DNA of 64,000 bases from Escherichia phage N4. Below the pieces are notes generated by a model. The model was not told the DNA's origin. It did no database searches and saw only the letters and a program-made list of their open reading frames with translations. Position 1 is the first letter of the stretch. The number at the start of each line of letters is the position of its first letter. A program made the translations under genes and the position numbers. This document shows positions 45,126-64,000 of the stretch, in pieces. The stretch is taken from sequence record NC_008720.1, one strand, 5' to 3'.

Positions 45126-47060
45126 TTAACGAGGAAATATATCAGGGATACCCAATCGACGCCCGGCATCTCTGCCTAAACTTCTCCGGTTCGCCTCGCT
45201 CTCTTCCTGTTTAATATTTTGTAAGCTCTTAATATCCAAATTCTGAGGGTCAGCAGCTACAGCACTACGAGCACCATCAAGAAGACGTTTAGCAGTATTA
45301 ACTCGCTCCTGATAGCGAGGTAGTACACTTCTAAGGTTTTCCTGACCGGTCTGAATACGACGCTGTACTTCACGTAAATCAGCAAGTGCAGTATCTAACG
45401 TATTCTGTGCTGCATAGATGTTTGATTGAATTTGTGCAGTAAGCTGATTACGAGCATTCTGTTCAATAGCAGTACCAGTAGTTGCAAGTTTTGCATTTGC
45501 TTCTACGGCTGCTTTATCCAGTTGGTAATCACCACCCAAATCAATAACATCAGTATCAAAGGCATTTCGAATACCACTAAACCATCCCTCTGGTTTACCA
45601 GTGATACTACGTTGAATGATTGCTCCTGCCATAGCGGGAGAAATAGCATTCTGTTTTGCTACCTCATTGATTTGTCGAACCAGTGCACCTTGATTAATGC
45701 CTTTCAGTTCATTGCTATCAATAATACGTTTAGCCACCTGACCAGTCGTAGAAGGGTCAACAGTAGCAGCTTGGTATTCTGGCAGCAGAGTATTACCAAT
45801 ATTCTGCATATTACGAGTACCAACAGTATTACCAGCAACAGAAGTAAATGCTTGTTCCTGTAATGGATTAATAGAATTACCTGTTTCTGCTTGAGCAATG
45901 TAATCCTTCATTTCATCCCATGACAAGTTCTTATAAGCACCAGGAGTATCATCTGGTAAAGCAGCCCATGTACTCTTCAAATTGCCATTCTTACGAGCAT
46001 TAAAAATAGCTTCACCCAGTTTGTCTTGGTTCTCTGGGGACATAGGAATGTTCTGCCAATTTTCACCAAATACCTTTGGAGCAAAGTCTTTAAGGGTATC
46101 TTGGTTAATCTGGTATGCACCAACAGGAGAAGCACCTAGTGTCTTCTTCATAGTGTCTTGATGCTGAACCACCTCACCTAAGTTCATCTGAGTAATAGGT
46201 ACATCAGTTGGTGTGAACTTGTAGGTAGTGTCATATGCAGAACCATTCCGAGTACCATGAGTACCAGGAGGAGATAGAGGTGCAGAACCAGTTCCCGGAG
46301 TATATGCACCTGGGTATGCCCTATCTAACTGAGATAGAGCACGACTTACTGCTCCAGGTGACATTTGGTCGAACGTACCCTCTGCAAGCATACGAGCATC
46401 GTCAGAACTGTATGCACCACGACGGATATTATTCAGTAACTGCATAGCAGCCTGAGTATCCGCATCGTTACGCATATCAACACCTAAGTTGAATAGGCTA
46501 CGACGTTGACCAATACCAGCAGTACCTTGTCCTTGAAGGTTGTTCATGTAGTCCATAACAATACCAGCAGGAAGGGTTTTTAATACATCCCCATACTGAG
46601 CCTGTGCTGCCTGAACCTTTCTTGGGTCACCAGATTGATAAGCCAGAGCCAATTCCTGCAATGCAGGAGCAGCAGCATCAGTAGCTGCATTTACCTTCAT
46701 GGTTCTGTCATTACTGTATCGAGTGAAATCCAGATTTTGTTGTTTAGATGCTTGGTCTAACAGATTGCCAGCACGATTATCTAAGTTCTCCATAGTGCGA
46801 GAAGAAATTAGAGAAGGGTCATAGCCAGCAAATAATGCTCCAGAAGCTAAGGCATTACGATACTCATTAGGGTCTTGGTAACGCATGGCTTCAGCCATAA
46901 TTGCATCACCAGCTTGCTGTCTTGCAGAGTTTCGAAAATCACCTAATGCATTACTCAATCCGGCAGTGGCATTACCCAGCATATTGGAGAAAGTACGAAT
47001 ACTATCCCCAACACCAGAGAAAGAAGGAGCATCAACATTACGCCATGTAATTTGAGCCAT
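45126..47060 (-). CDS. Virion internal protein (N4 gp51-like by position, 644 aa)
   Basis: ORF track; Gln/Asn/Ala-rich; synteny adjacent to vRNAP. Confidence 0.5.
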   Translation of the reverse strand: MAQITWRNVDAPSFSGVGDSIRTFSNMLGNATAGLSNALGDFRNSARQQAGDAIMAEAMRYQDPNEYRNALASGALFAGYDPSLISSRTMENLDNRAGNLLDQASKQQNLDFTRYSNDRTMKVNAATDAAAPALQELALAYQSGDPRKVQAAQAQYGDVLKTLPAGIVMDYMNNLQGQGTAGIGQRRSLFNLGVDMRNDADTQAAMQLLNNIRRGAYSSDDARMLAEGTFDQMSPGAVSRALSQLDRAYPGAYTPGTGSAPLSPPGTHGTRNGSAYDTTYKFTPTDVPITQMNLGEVVQHQDTMKKTLGASPVGAYQINQDTLKDFAPKVFGENWQNIPMSPENQDKLGEAIFNARKNGNLKSTWAALPDDTPGAYKNLSWDEMKDYIAQAETGNSINPLQEQAFTSVAGNTVGTRNMQNIGNTLLPEYQAATVDPSTTGQVAKRIIDSNELKGINQGALVRQINEVAKQNAISPAMAGAIIQRSITGKPEGWFSGIRNAFDTDVIDLGGDYQLDKAAVEANAKLATTGTAIEQNARNQLTAQIQSNIYAAQNTLDTALADLREVQRRIQTGQENLRSVLPRYQERVNTAKRLLDGARSAVAADPQNLDIKSLQNIKQEESEANRRSLGRDAGRRLGIPDIFPR

Positions 47061-47070
47061 GTGATACCTC

Positions 47071-47523
47071 TTAACGAGTTAAGCGATTAGCTGCAATGTA
47101 AGCATCAGCCGTAGATTGGTCACGATTTTCTGCAACAGCACGACTACGAGCACGGTCTTCCAGAGCAGTGTTATAGGACTTAATCTGGTTATTCAGATTA
47201 GTGTTAGTAACATCTTTAGCAAAAGAGAACTGATTCTTAGCTAACTTGTTAGCCTGTAATGCACCATAGATATTACCCAGTGCATTAAGACCACCTAACC
47301 CCAACTGGAAAGTAGGGATGTTCAGACCCAGTTGGTCAGTAAGCCCTTGAGTCTGTCCACCAGTATTCCCTGTAGCACCACCAGTAATATTCTGGAGCCA
47401 GTCATTACTAAGGATGCCAGATTGCAGAGGATTATAGTTCATAGTTGGGGTATTAAAGGAACCATACCCATAGCCAAAATTGCTTTGTGCAGATGGGGTT
47501 CCAAAAAGGAAATTAGTATCCAT
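47071..47523 (-). CDS. Virion protein (N4 gp52-like by position, 150 aa)
   Basis: ORF track; Gly/Gln/Asn-rich. Confidence 0.45.
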   Translation of the reverse strand: MDTNFLFGTPSAQSNFGYGYGSFNTPTMNYNPLQSGILSNDWLQNITGGATGNTGGQTQGLTDQLGLNIPTFQLGLGGLNALGNIYGALQANKLAKNQFSFAKDVTNTNLNNQIKSYNTALEDRARSRAVAENRDQSTADAYIAANRLTR

Positions 47524-47536
47524 AAGGATTCTCCTG

Positions 47537-50194
47537 TTACGTATCTAAATCAAGCTGCAACGTTATATCTGTAAAGTTGGTAATCATGTTGTTAGACATG
47601 TCAGCTATATCATGACCAGTCATAAGAGTACGGCTAAGGAATGAATCCAGTGGTTCAAATTGTTGGCCTACATTAGTTAGGTTCATTGGGTCAATGTAAC
47701 CCATACCCTCAGTACCAAACATTTCCTCGTACTTTTCCTGAATGGTTTTCATCTGGTCACGGTACTCTGCCATAAGTTTCTCTGTCTTTTTGACAGTTTC
47801 CATAGCAGAAGCATTGATGTAATCACTTATGCCATTCCCTACAGATGAAGTGAGTTTAATGATGTTATCTGCTTTCATCATTTCACCCAGCATCGTAGAC
47901 ATGGATGAACCAGTGGATAAAGCTGTACCAACATTCATGGCTACCATAGAGGCAATAGTAGCAACAATGATTCCAATCTTATCCCCAAGCAGACTAACAG
48001 AGACTGTTTGAATAATGGACATCAGAATCATAGCTGCAATGGCATTAGCCACAGCCCCAACGATAATAGCAGCTAACCCTGCAAAACCTAATGCAGCACC
48101 AATAGAAGCAGCAGTACCCATTACCCCAGCACCAGCAGCAGGGGTAAAGAACACAGACACCACTACTGCAACAACAACCACTACTACTTTAAAGATGCCA
48201 GACTGATACCATTTCTTCTTAACTTTCTTATATGAGTTAAGAACCAGATAACAACATGCAGTAGATAACTGAGTACCATTTACCAAAGACATACTACGAT
48301 AAATGTTGTTATGAAGAGGGATGATAAATCCGGACTCTTCATCATCATTTAGTGCATCTACACCAGAAATGCTTACAGATTTATTCTTGTAAACATTATT
48401 GTTATGGTTCAGGCCATAGACAGAAATCTTCCTCCATGAATTATCCCCATCCTGCCAATACATTGTTATCTTATCTAGCCTGTAGATAGTAAACCCAACT
48501 TTGTCATTACCCTTTTCAGAGTACATAACGGCTTTCTGCATAAGGACTACAGTACCTTCATAAGCAAACTTGAGCTGCCCTTTCTTGGCTCCAGAGAATG
48601 CTTTACCTGAACCAACTGATTCTTCAATGAAGTTCCAACTAATAGTCATGTTGTAACGGTATCCACCGTTAGAACGAATATTAATGGATTTAGAAGGTAT
48701 TGTTGGATATACGGGTCTTTTAGGAGGCTTCCCTATGGGAATATCCCTATTACCACTGCGAGATTCCCACCATTCCTGATAAGCATCAAAGTCCCTGTTA
48801 GCTTGAGCAAAGCCTTCTACCAAAGCATCCATAGTTGGGTAGTTTGGGTCAGCAGGCATTGACTGATTCACTAACTGGAAGAATCTGTATATGTACTCTT
48901 TAGCTGTATTTTCAGGACTGTTAAGAGAACAACCAAATACAGCATAGATATACTGAATATCACCAATATCTTTGTTCTTCTTCAGGTCATCCATAATGTC
49001 AGAAATCTTACCCCCTGTAGCCTTCTTAAAGGCTTTCTTACAAAGAGTATATGTAGAACCAGAAATCCAGTTCTTATCACTACGGATAGGGATGAATGAA
49101 TAGAACCTGTTATTGGTTGTCTTATTAATAAACAAAGCATCAAGAACGGCATTGCCACTATTCTGTTTATAAATAAACAGTTGAGGCATACCACCAGCAG
49201 ACAAAGTAGTAACTACATCTGTATTCTGATAAGACCACGTATGCCCTAAAGTATCTGTAGTTACTGTAGTAGTTCTGGTTTCAGTAACCCCACCACCTAA
49301 ATCAATAACTTCAGTGTTTGTAGTGGAACCAGTGGATACAGTACCAGTCTGTACCTGGGTCATTATAGTCTTACGAATAATGATTAAGCCTACTTCACTT
49401 GGTTCACGAAATTCTTTCTCGTAAACATCTGAGAAGTTAGTCCAACTAACCTGTTCTTCTTCAGTATTGGTACTTTCCTCATCAGGTCTACCATCAGAGA
49501 ATACACTCTTAATATGAGTAACTGTCTTCAAGGTAGCTGACTTAGGAGTATGGTTCTGAGATACCTGAGTCCATTCAGAAGTAGAAGGTAAGTCATCAGC
49601 AGATGATACAGATACAGCAGGGTGAACCACTGGGTCTGCAACACTAGTAGGCTGTATGTAGTAATAGTTCACATACAGATACATTGCATCCTGACTGTAA
49701 TTCTTTGGATAAAAGGATAACTCACTGCCATCAGTAGCAGTGAGTACAATCCTGTCATCATCCATGATGTCTATTTCAAATTCTTCAGTAATACGGTCTG
49801 GATAATTCTCATAGAGGAATTTATCAGCCCATTCCTCAAAATCACCAAATCCAATCCTACTGCTTTGAACCTGTACCTCATAACCTGCTTTTTGAGGAAC
49901 CTGCCATTTAACTACTTCAGGGTCTACCTGAGACAGTATTGACAAGTTCCCATAAGCAATACCAATTGAAGGGTCATAGTTAGTTGCAGCCCAACCAGGG
50001 AATCTACGTAAACGAATACCAGGTCCATTTAAATAAGAGTCAGTGATGGTATCACCCATACTAAAGTCAGATTTACTGACGATGTTACCAATCACTGTAG
50101 TCTTTAAATAATTTGGACGTTTATGTATATCCCCTGCCAGATTGTAGACAGAGGATGCTACGTAGATTTTAGTCTTACTGCTAAACAGTCCCAT
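47537..50194 (-). CDS. Large virion protein with internal hydrophobic segments (N4 gp53-like by position, 885 aa)
   Basis: Several membrane-spanning-like Ala/Gly/Val/Ile stretches about 200-300 aa from the C-terminus; late-strand synteny. Confidence 0.5.
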   Translation of the reverse strand: MGLFSSKTKIYVASSVYNLAGDIHKRPNYLKTTVIGNIVSKSDFSMGDTITDSYLNGPGIRLRRFPGWAATNYDPSIGIAYGNLSILSQVDPEVVKWQVPQKAGYEVQVQSSRIGFGDFEEWADKFLYENYPDRITEEFEIDIMDDDRIVLTATDGSELSFYPKNYSQDAMYLYVNYYYIQPTSVADPVVHPAVSVSSADDLPSTSEWTQVSQNHTPKSATLKTVTHIKSVFSDGRPDEESTNTEEEQVSWTNFSDVYEKEFREPSEVGLIIIRKTIMTQVQTGTVSTGSTTNTEVIDLGGGVTETRTTTVTTDTLGHTWSYQNTDVVTTLSAGGMPQLFIYKQNSGNAVLDALFINKTTNNRFYSFIPIRSDKNWISGSTYTLCKKAFKKATGGKISDIMDDLKKNKDIGDIQYIYAVFGCSLNSPENTAKEYIYRFFQLVNQSMPADPNYPTMDALVEGFAQANRDFDAYQEWWESRSGNRDIPIGKPPKRPVYPTIPSKSINIRSNGGYRYNMTISWNFIEESVGSGKAFSGAKKGQLKFAYEGTVVLMQKAVMYSEKGNDKVGFTIYRLDKITMYWQDGDNSWRKISVYGLNHNNNVYKNKSVSISGVDALNDDEESGFIIPLHNNIYRSMSLVNGTQLSTACCYLVLNSYKKVKKKWYQSGIFKVVVVVVAVVVSVFFTPAAGAGVMGTAASIGAALGFAGLAAIIVGAVANAIAAMILMSIIQTVSVSLLGDKIGIIVATIASMVAMNVGTALSTGSSMSTMLGEMMKADNIIKLTSSVGNGISDYINASAMETVKKTEKLMAEYRDQMKTIQEKYEEMFGTEGMGYIDPMNLTNVGQQFEPLDSFLSRTLMTGHDIADMSNNMITNFTDITLQLDLDT

Positions 50195-50197
50195 GTA

Positions 50198-51106
<909 letters not shown>

Positions 51107-51126
51107 TCATTGGTTCATTAAAAGAA

Positions 51127-51155
51127 AACGGCTCACGGTTTTACCCAGTGAGCCG
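51127..51155 (-). terminator. Minus-strand terminator
   Basis: 9-bp stem ACGGCTCAC/GTGAGCCGT; T-rich tract downstream on the minus strand. Confidence 0.55.
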
Positions 51156-51176
51156 TGCTGACTTACAGATTAACTC

Positions 51177-51803
51177 TTATTGAGAGTCTACGCTACCAGC
51201 AGCAATCTGAGCAGCAGCCAGAGTTTGCAATTCTTCCTTAGTCAGTGGAGGCAGAACTTCAATGGCAAACTCACGTACCCATGCAGACGTAATATTAGGC
51301 TGACCATTCTTACCTTTGGTAACTCGAATGTTCAGGAACTTACGTTCTTTAAGGAAGTTATAAATACAGTAAGGGATGTGATAACCCTCATCAGTAGCTT
51401 CACCAAATGGAACGAATTTACGGACAGTACCAATATATTCGTTAGCTACTGTAATAATCTCACCAGGCAGGTCTTTCTTCTTAGGGTCAAGGTTCTGAAT
51501 ACGTACTCGAACCAGCTTTAATTGTTCTAAGCGTTGCTGGTGACGTAAAGAAGTTGCCGTAGTTACTGTACCTGTAGACAGAGCCAAAGGATTAGGCTGA
51601 GGTTCTGCTGGTTCCTGAGCTTTATTTTCCTGTGCTGCTTCAATCTTCTTACGAAGAGTTTCAGCACTAATATTATTTGAGTATGAAATACCCATCATAT
51701 TAGCTCGTTGTTTCAGCAGAGAAAGTTCATCAACCTTAACTTCATCAACGGTGTCATCGTTGCCCTGAGTTAAATCAGCGGTCGGTTTATCGTTAATGCT
51801 CAT
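51177..51803 (-). CDS. Hypothetical structural-module protein (208 aa)
   Basis: ORF track; lies between the capsid gene and internal protein genes. Confidence 0.45.
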   Translation of the reverse strand: MSINDKPTADLTQGNDDTVDEVKVDELSLLKQRANMMGISYSNNISAETLRKKIEAAQENKAQEPAEPQPNPLALSTGTVTTATSLRHQQRLEQLKLVRVRIQNLDPKKKDLPGEIITVANEYIGTVRKFVPFGEATDEGYHIPYCIYNFLKERKFLNIRVTKGKNGQPNITSAWVREFAIEVLPPLTKEELQTLAAAQIAAGSVDSQ

Positions 51804-51829
51804 GTGTATATATCCTATTCATAAAGTAA

Positions 51830-51847
51830 GGGGAGGTTTCCCTCCCC
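51830..51847 (-). terminator. Minus-strand terminator after the capsid gene
   Basis: Stem GGGGAGG/CCTCCCC, loop TTTC; moderately T-rich downstream on the minus strand. Confidence 0.5.
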
Positions 51848-51865
51848 CTGATGTTAGCCCAACTA

Positions 51866-53071
51866 TTACAGCGGAGCTACAGTTTTAATAAGAGCCAGAC
51901 GTTCTGGGCGTTTAACCAGAATACCGTAGTACCATTTGATGCTGGAGAAGCCAGTTTCACCATATGGGTCATTACGGTCAGCAGTTTCTTTACCAGGCAT
52001 CTTAGTCATAACGGTAAATTTAAGTGATTTACCATCAGTCTGGAAGCCAATGGAGGTAAAGGAATCATCACCTACTACCAGCATTGGGTAAACGTCATAG
52101 TGCTCTTGGCCAGATACCATAGAGGTACGGTAACCAGGGTTAGCTCCAGTAGCCTGTGCACCAGCACCTGCCCAGTGCAGCATCTCTGGAACCTGAATGA
52201 TACGGAACTTATCAATAGAACCGACTTCACCATTCATGATAGTACCTGCATCAGCATAGTGCTGAGTTTCGATAAAGGCTTTATTACCGAACAGGTCTTT
52301 CATTGCTTTCAGTTCTGGAACCAGTTCAGAACCTACATACATAACACGAGTAGCACCGATGACTTTAGTATCAATCATACGGGAACCAGTGATGATGGTA
52401 GTCTGAGTAGGAGTACGGTTCTCCGTCAGAATCTGGTCAAGACGCATCAGGTTCTTATAAGAAACAACAGACGGGGTAGAACCTTCACCAGTGATGGTGG
52501 CATCAGAAGTAGCAGCACCAGCATACAGAACAGTACCGGCAGCAGCCAGCAGGTCTTTTTGCAGTACAGCTTCAGTAATCTGAGTAGCACCATTCATCAG
52601 TTCACGGGACAGATGTTCCATCAGGCCATCATCAGAATCGAAGTCAATTGATTCCTGAGTGAACTCATAGAAGAAGCCAAACTTGTGAATAGAACCTTCA
52701 CGAGCAATACGAGTAAAACCAACACGGTTAACTCGACCACCGTTTTCAGTCAGTAGAGGCAGTTTGGAAGTAATGTTACCGATGTCTTTGCTGGAACCAT
52801 ACAGGTTACCGTTAACGATGGTAGCACCACTTGCATCAATACCCTGGTCATTGATGTTACGGTCATCCAGCAGAGGAACATATTCATACACCTTGATGGT
52901 CTTACCGTAATGCTTCGGCATGTTAGTTACAGAGGCCAGTGGCATGAAGTACTGCTCTTTACGGGCAGTGATGATTGCTTTCTTCAGCCAGAAGAAGGTT
53001 TGCATCTGGTCAGAGTTAGCACCATCAATACTAGATTTCTGACCGTCAGTAGGAGCGTTATAGTTCAACAT
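51866..53071 (-). CDS. Major capsid protein (N4 gp56-like, 401 aa)
   Basis: Length equals my recollection of N4 major capsid protein (401 aa); position between scaffold-like and internal protein genes; strong terminator follows. Confidence 0.6.
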
Positions 53072-53082
53072 GTCTCAATTCC

Positions 53083-54300
53083 TTATAGGCCGTTCAGCCG
53101 AGGTAGTTTCATAAAGTCCTCGTCACTCATTGCAAGAGGATTAACAAGGACTTCTGTCTTACGCGGTGTAACCCGTGATGGGGATGCCGCTGCTGCCTGT
53201 TGAGTATTAGTGATTTCAGACTTAGGCGTTGCAACACGAGTTGCTACTGGCTGAACCACTGGCTTAGGTTGTTCAACAGGTTTCTGCTTAATCAAATCGT
53301 TAAAACCACCATTAGCAGCAAGGTAGTTACCGACTTGATTATAAGCATCCAGGAATGCTGTACCGATTGGGATTTGGCCTAAGATTTTGAGTCGTTCAAT
53401 TTCAGAAACAATACGGTCGTAAATACCGTTAGCTTTCTGTTCAACGATGGTATTAACCAGACCACGGTTTTCCAGCAATGCCTGTTTGCTGTGGTCATCC
53501 CACGTAGTCGAAATTAACTGAAGAGTAGCTTGTCCTTCTGGAGTGGATTTAGCATCTTCCAGTTCGGTTGCAAATGCTGCTTCAGCATCTGACACACGGT
53601 GATTACCAGCTTGGTATTTAACTTCCTCTTCTGGATTAATATCCAGAACATCAATACCAGATTCTTTAATCAACTTCTTAATAGCATCAGGATTCCCTTT
53701 AACTAAGTCGATAGCATAAGAGAGTTGCCCTTCATCTAATAATCCGTTGTTTTCTAACATCAGGAGATACTTACGATACGGCTGAATCTCCTGCATTTTA
53801 CGGGTATAGTTAGCTCCCATTTGCATCAAGCTAATGACCTCTTCAGGACTCTGAGGAGTAATCATTTTGCCGTTAGCTTTAAACGGAGCCATTATCCGTT
53901 CATAACCAGCCTTATAGTCGAAGTCAGTTTTCTGGTCTGATACCTGCTTGTCTTCTTCTACTTTTGCTTGGCCTTGCTCAGTAGTAGAAGATGCATTATC
54001 AGTAGCAGGCTTACTGTTGCTGTCAACCTTATTTGGGTCAACTGTAGCACTATCATTACCAGTTGTGAATGCATCTGAATTGCTTTCTGATTCAGAAGTA
54101 TTTTCTACTTCAGTTGGTTCAGTAGTTACTTCTGTTTCATCAGTTTGTTCAACTTCAACAATTGGGTCTGGTTGTGCAGGAGTATTATTTTCTACCGGTT
54201 CCGGGTTGTTCTGAATGCTTGTTGGACCAGGCATGTTCAGAATCTCTTCATCCGACATTTTAAAAATGTCGGAAGCTGTTTTTGCAGCTTCCGTAGTCAT
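53083..54300 (-). CDS. Scaffolding-like protein (405 aa)
   Basis: Highly acidic, low-complexity N-terminal half and helical C-terminal half; immediately upstream of the capsid gene. Confidence 0.4.
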   Translation of the reverse strand: MTTEAAKTASDIFKMSDEEILNMPGPTSIQNNPEPVENNTPAQPDPIVEVEQTDETEVTTEPTEVENTSESESNSDAFTTGNDSATVDPNKVDSNSKPATDNASSTTEQGQAKVEEDKQVSDQKTDFDYKAGYERIMAPFKANGKMITPQSPEEVISLMQMGANYTRKMQEIQPYRKYLLMLENNGLLDEGQLSYAIDLVKGNPDAIKKLIKESGIDVLDINPEEEVKYQAGNHRVSDAEAAFATELEDAKSTPEGQATLQLISTTWDDHSKQALLENRGLVNTIVEQKANGIYDRIVSEIERLKILGQIPIGTAFLDAYNQVGNYLAANGGFNDLIKQKPVEQPKPVVQPVATRVATPKSEITNTQQAAAASPSRVTPRKTEVLVNPLAMSDEDFMKLPRLNGL

Positions 54301-54325
54301 GGGAGTATCTCCGAGTTAGGATTAA

Positions 54326-54673
54326 TTAAACTTCTTCAGGTTCACCACGAGCAACATCCAATGCATTCTCAATATCTGATTGGACACCTACCAGTGTTTC
54401 TGCTTTCTGAAGAGTAATTTCCAGATAACGTTTTAAACAACCAGCAGCTTGAGCCATAGCAAGAGCATCAGCACGTTGACGGTCTTCAAGCAATGGGTCA
54501 CAGGATTCTTGTACATAACGAGCACAGTCTACAGTACAGAATTGCTCAAGAATTACTTTACGGAAAAGGGAATTACCCATCAGCTTACGAACATCTTCTG
54601 CATAAGCACGGGCAGCTTTAATACCCTTCAGTTGGTGTTCCAGTCCTTCAATTTCTTTTTCTTTGCTGTACAT
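54326..54673 (-). CDS. Hypothetical protein (115 aa)
   Basis: ORF track; between the portal and scaffold-like genes. Confidence 0.45.
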   Translation of the reverse strand: MYSKEKEIEGLEHQLKGIKAARAYAEDVRKLMGNSLFRKVILEQFCTVDCARYVQESCDPLLEDRQRADALAMAQAAGCLKRYLEITLQKAETLVGVQSDIENALDVARGEPEEV

Positions 54674-54675
54674 AA

Positions 54676-57459
<2,784 letters not shown>

Positions 57460-57479
<20 letters not shown>

Positions 57480-58086
57480 TACACCTCTCCAGAGGGACAT
57501 TACCAATACGGTTAGCAATCCATCCTGTAGTGTACTCAGGCATATTAAGAGATAAATAGTAGTTTAACTGTTTACCATCCAGAGACTTCAAAATGAGCTT
57601 ACAGGCTTCTACTTTGCCTCGTTTATTCTGAAGGCTCTTATATGCACTTAGAGTTCCAGAACCGACTTTACCATCAACTTGTATTTTAGGGTAGTCTTTG
57701 CCATTTCTGGAGAAAGCATTAAGAGATTCTTGTAACCAACGAGATGGTCTTGCAGGTCCAGTATTAACACCAGCATCTACTAGTTTTTCTGTTACCGCTG
57801 GTGATACATCTGCAAACTTAACAAAGCCAGGCTTCAAGATGTAATCGTTGTAATAAATACTTGATGCCATTTCCTGAGTTAAATTCTTCATTGAACCATC
57901 CCAGTTATACATCGACTCTAGTTCTTGCTTATGCTTTTGAGCAACCTGAATAGTTACACCATGATTAGTTTCACCTCCTGGGTCTTTGGGGTCATTAACG
58001 TATCCACCCTCAACAGCAAATACAGCAGCAATGATTGCTGCAATAACTCCCCCAACACCACCAACTTTCTTCTTACTTATTGCCAC
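57460..58086 (-). CDS. SAR endolysin, GH108-family N-acetylmuramidase with peptidoglycan-binding region (208 aa)
   Basis: N-terminal Gly/Ala-rich signal-anchor-release segment; EGGYVNDPKDPGGETNHG GH108 motif; GTG start with AAGGAGG RBS. Confidence 0.8.
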
Positions 58087-58306
58087 ACCAATCCTCCTTT
58101 GGTTTCAAACGAACCAGTCGGCAAATAATATTCAGCACAAAGAGCGCTATAGCAATGTTATTGCCATGTGGAATATCTTTGAGGATATGTTGGGGTAATG
58201 CAGAGAAAGAACTGGATAAGACATCCACACAAGAGAAGAACAATATTGCTAATGTGCTAATCTGAATAGATGCCCATTTCCAACAACGTTTCCAATTAGG
58301 AACCAT
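58073..58306 (-). CDS. Holin candidate, two transmembrane segments (77 aa)
   Basis: ATG at 58306; two hydrophobic helices; 3' end overlaps the endolysin start. Confidence 0.4.
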   Translation of the reverse strand: MVPNWKRCWKWASIQISTLAILFFSCVDVLSSSFSALPQHILKDIPHGNNIAIALFVLNIICRLVRLKPKEDWCGNK

Positions 58307-58320
58307 TTCCACATGTTTGG

Positions 58321-58653
58321 TTAACTTGCGAACCATGCAAAAATCTCCCGTCTGGCAGCAGCCAGTATACCAATAATGATACCTGCTCCAGCCCATACCC
58401 ATTTACCAAACAATCCAGCACCAACAACTTTGTGTTTGATGGTAATGAACTCTTCAATAGTAGGGGCAGACTCAGCCAGAGACTTTTCTACATTCTCTAG
58501 TCGAGTGTCCATCTTATTAATAGACAGTTGAAGGTTACGTACAGCATCATCTAAATCTTGCCGAGATTTAGCATCACGGGCATTATTTTCGAAGAGTGTC
58601 TTCATACGTTCCTCCATTCGAGCTAGGAGCACCTCTACGGATTCATGACTCAT
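58321..58653 (-). CDS. Membrane protein with coiled coil and C-terminal transmembrane helix (holin/antiholin candidate, 110 aa)
   Basis: C-terminal GAGLFGKWVWAGAGIIIGILAAA helix; directly upstream of the holin/endolysin/spanin genes. Confidence 0.35.
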   Translation of the reverse strand: MSHESVEVLLARMEERMKTLFENNARDAKSRQDLDDAVRNLQLSINKMDTRLENVEKSLAESAPTIEEFITIKHKVVGAGLFGKWVWAGAGIIIGILAAARREIFAWFAS

Positions 58654-58756
58654 GCTAAATCCTTATTGAAAAAGCCGGGTATCCCCGGCTCTGTTAGTCC
58701 TAATGAACAGAGAGTGTGTTTATACACCCGTCAAATAGTACCGATATTTACTAGTA

Positions 58757-60013
<1,257 letters not shown>

Positions 60014-60042
60014 TTAATACCCCCATTGCTGGGGGTTCCTTG

Positions 60043-63999
<3,957 letters not shown>

Positions 64000-64000
64000 C

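Overview
This window reads as most of the genome of an N4-like (Schitoviridae-type) lytic podophage, and I did not find an obviously engineered or defence-island-type system. The plus strand (about 90-34,485) carries early and middle genes. These include three hairpin promoters of the type used by the virion RNA polymerase, many small early ORFs, a two-subunit T7-like RNA polymerase II, and a replication and nucleotide-metabolism block (MoxR-like AAA+ ATPase, vWA/metallopeptidase-like protein, dCTP-deaminase/dUTPase-like, ThyX, rIIA/rIIB-like, MazG-like, Dda-like helicase, family A DNA polymerase, PD-(D/E)xK nuclease, primase-like protein, SSB-sized ORF, RuvC-like resolvase). A roughly 1.3 kb ORF-free RNA island (32,300-33,610) holds four canonical tRNAs (Asn-GTT, Ser-TGA, Thr-TGT, Pro-TGG), two tRNA-like elements, long conserved hairpins and a 360-nt ORF-free stretch. 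The minus strand (34,523-64,000) carries late genes: a 3,506-aa virion RNA polymerase, internal virion proteins, major capsid protein, portal, a lysis cassette (holin candidates, GH108 signal-anchor-release (SAR) endolysin, nested spanins) and a large tail protein cut by the window edge. The most interesting unexplained content is the RNA island, a terminator-insulated SPFH lipoprotein cassette, and a tightly coupled early operon of small proteins. All calls are from reading the sequence and ORF translations by eye; no database search or folding program was run, and homology statements are motif- and synteny-based recollection.
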